DNA of 64,000 nucleotides from Patellaria atrata CBS 101060 (Eukaryota): NCBI GenBank assembly GCA_010093705.1, contig MU006096.1, positions 456,004 to 520,003 of the forward strand, read 5' to 3'. Shown piece by piece: positions 62,771 to 64,000 of this stretch (position 1 is its first letter; each line of letters starts with the position of its first letter). The notes under the pieces were generated by a model. It saw only the letters and a program-made list of their open reading frames with translations, ran no database searches and was not told where the DNA came from. The position numbers and the translations under genes were made by a program.

Positions 62771-62928
62771 TTCTATCCTTTAAAGGCCTGAAGATGCTAC
62801 CAAAGGGCCAGAGAAGATAGGGAAAAGCAGGTAGCAAAATCATTGGAACACCAAAAAATAAACCTAGTTGAGTGGTCCACGATACTAACAAGCCCTTGGT
62901 AACATCTTCAGGCTTTTAAAGGATAGGA
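62771..62928. repeat. Imperfect inverted repeat with ~36-bp arms (MITE-like or hairpin)
   Basis: TTCTATCCTTTAAAGGCCTGAAGATGCTACCAAAGGG compared with TCCTATCCTTTAAAAGCCTGAAGATGTTACCAAGGG, the reverse complement of 62893-62928. Confidence 0.75.
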
Positions 62929-64000
62929 AAATGTAGGATTCGGGCTTCGAAATCCAGCCTTTAGAATAAGAGGTTCGCCGAAATCAATTACGATTCCCCC
63001 ATCAATCACTTAGGGTTTATTCTACCTATCTTCCTAGTTACGCTACTTAGGGGCCTCGAGCCTACGCAATCTCATGGTGTCGAGTTCCTAGGTGTAAAAT
63101 ATATTCCCGACTTTAGGAATTTTAACATTAGGAATTTCAACTTCAGGATTTACACTGGACGTTCAACGAATTATGTATTATTTCCTAATCCAGCTACTTA
63201 GGATCGCGTTTTCTTTCCACCATAAGATACGCCATAGAGACCCTCTCTAATTTCGACTTCAGGAATTCGGACTATAGGGTGAGACGTTCAACGAGATTGA
63301 ATGCGAACATCTGAATATGCAACTAAAGTCTATCTAAGGACTACCTTATATAACTTCCATGGTCCGGAATTAATGAAGTGTGGATGTAAATTTACATCCT
63401 ATTGTACCTATTCAATACCATCCAGTCTAAGGTTTCCCATCTCAAACATAATGCTGATTCTATGGTTTGGTGGATTGAGTACGAGACACGGAGTTGAATA
63501 CTAGTACTTATTCGAGGAGATCATATATAGGTTCTGGATCAGGAATTAGCCAGTTGCTTTCTATATATCCCCAGAATGAGTTCACTTCCACATTTCCCCA
63601 TATTCCCAAAGCTCTTGAAACTGGTGCTGATGTGATGAGACCTGCTACTGTTTTCTACCCGGTCCCACTGGGTCTCTATTATACCCCATAGGAGCTTACA
63701 ACCAAGTGAACCAATACTTTAAGGGTTAGTCATATGGGCAAAACAGAACTTTGGTGTCTTGACCTATACTCATACCGAGGATATCCTATTTCCCAATCAT
63801 TTTGTACGCATATTGGTTTCTTTCGACTTAAAAGTACGTTCTAGTCAGAAGATGCCATTTAGCTCTCCTTTTTAGTCGTAGAAATCCTCCTTATTTTTGT
63901 AACATTGTCCAGTTAATATCTCTTATCCTAGTTGGCGCATATTGTGCAGTGCTATCTGTGATATACTCTGTTAGTCCCACTTGGATCCAGTCACGCCATG

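Overview
Intron-rich filamentous ascomycete (Pezizomycotina) genomic DNA. About 1-48,530 is a gene-dense block of conserved genes: the 5' part of a QDE-2-like Argonaute, RNA14, UNC-50/GMH1, mitochondrial IF2, an SDR, fluG, a Zn2Cys6 factor, CTP1, MAM33, TMA16, EXO1, MSN5, an EGH1-like GH5, a DnaJ-TPR protein, RNase T2, GH43, PDX3, RIX7, VPS20, a PITH protein and LSM8. From ~48,700 the sequence becomes gene-sparse and accessory-like. It holds a 3.4-kb palindromic fusion of two RIP-damaged pogo/Fot1 transposons, a small secreted Cys-rich protein and an intron-containing tRNA-Thr(CGU). The most notable element is a compact dikaritin-type RiPP cluster: a signal-peptide, KR-punctuated repeat precursor with five W-x-V-x-I-P-x-x-x-Y cores, flanked by two DUF3328/UstYa-like oxidases that each have two HxxHC motifs. 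I do not recognise these cores among characterised dikaritins. Exon boundaries were read by eye and gene identities come from remembered motifs, not database searches.
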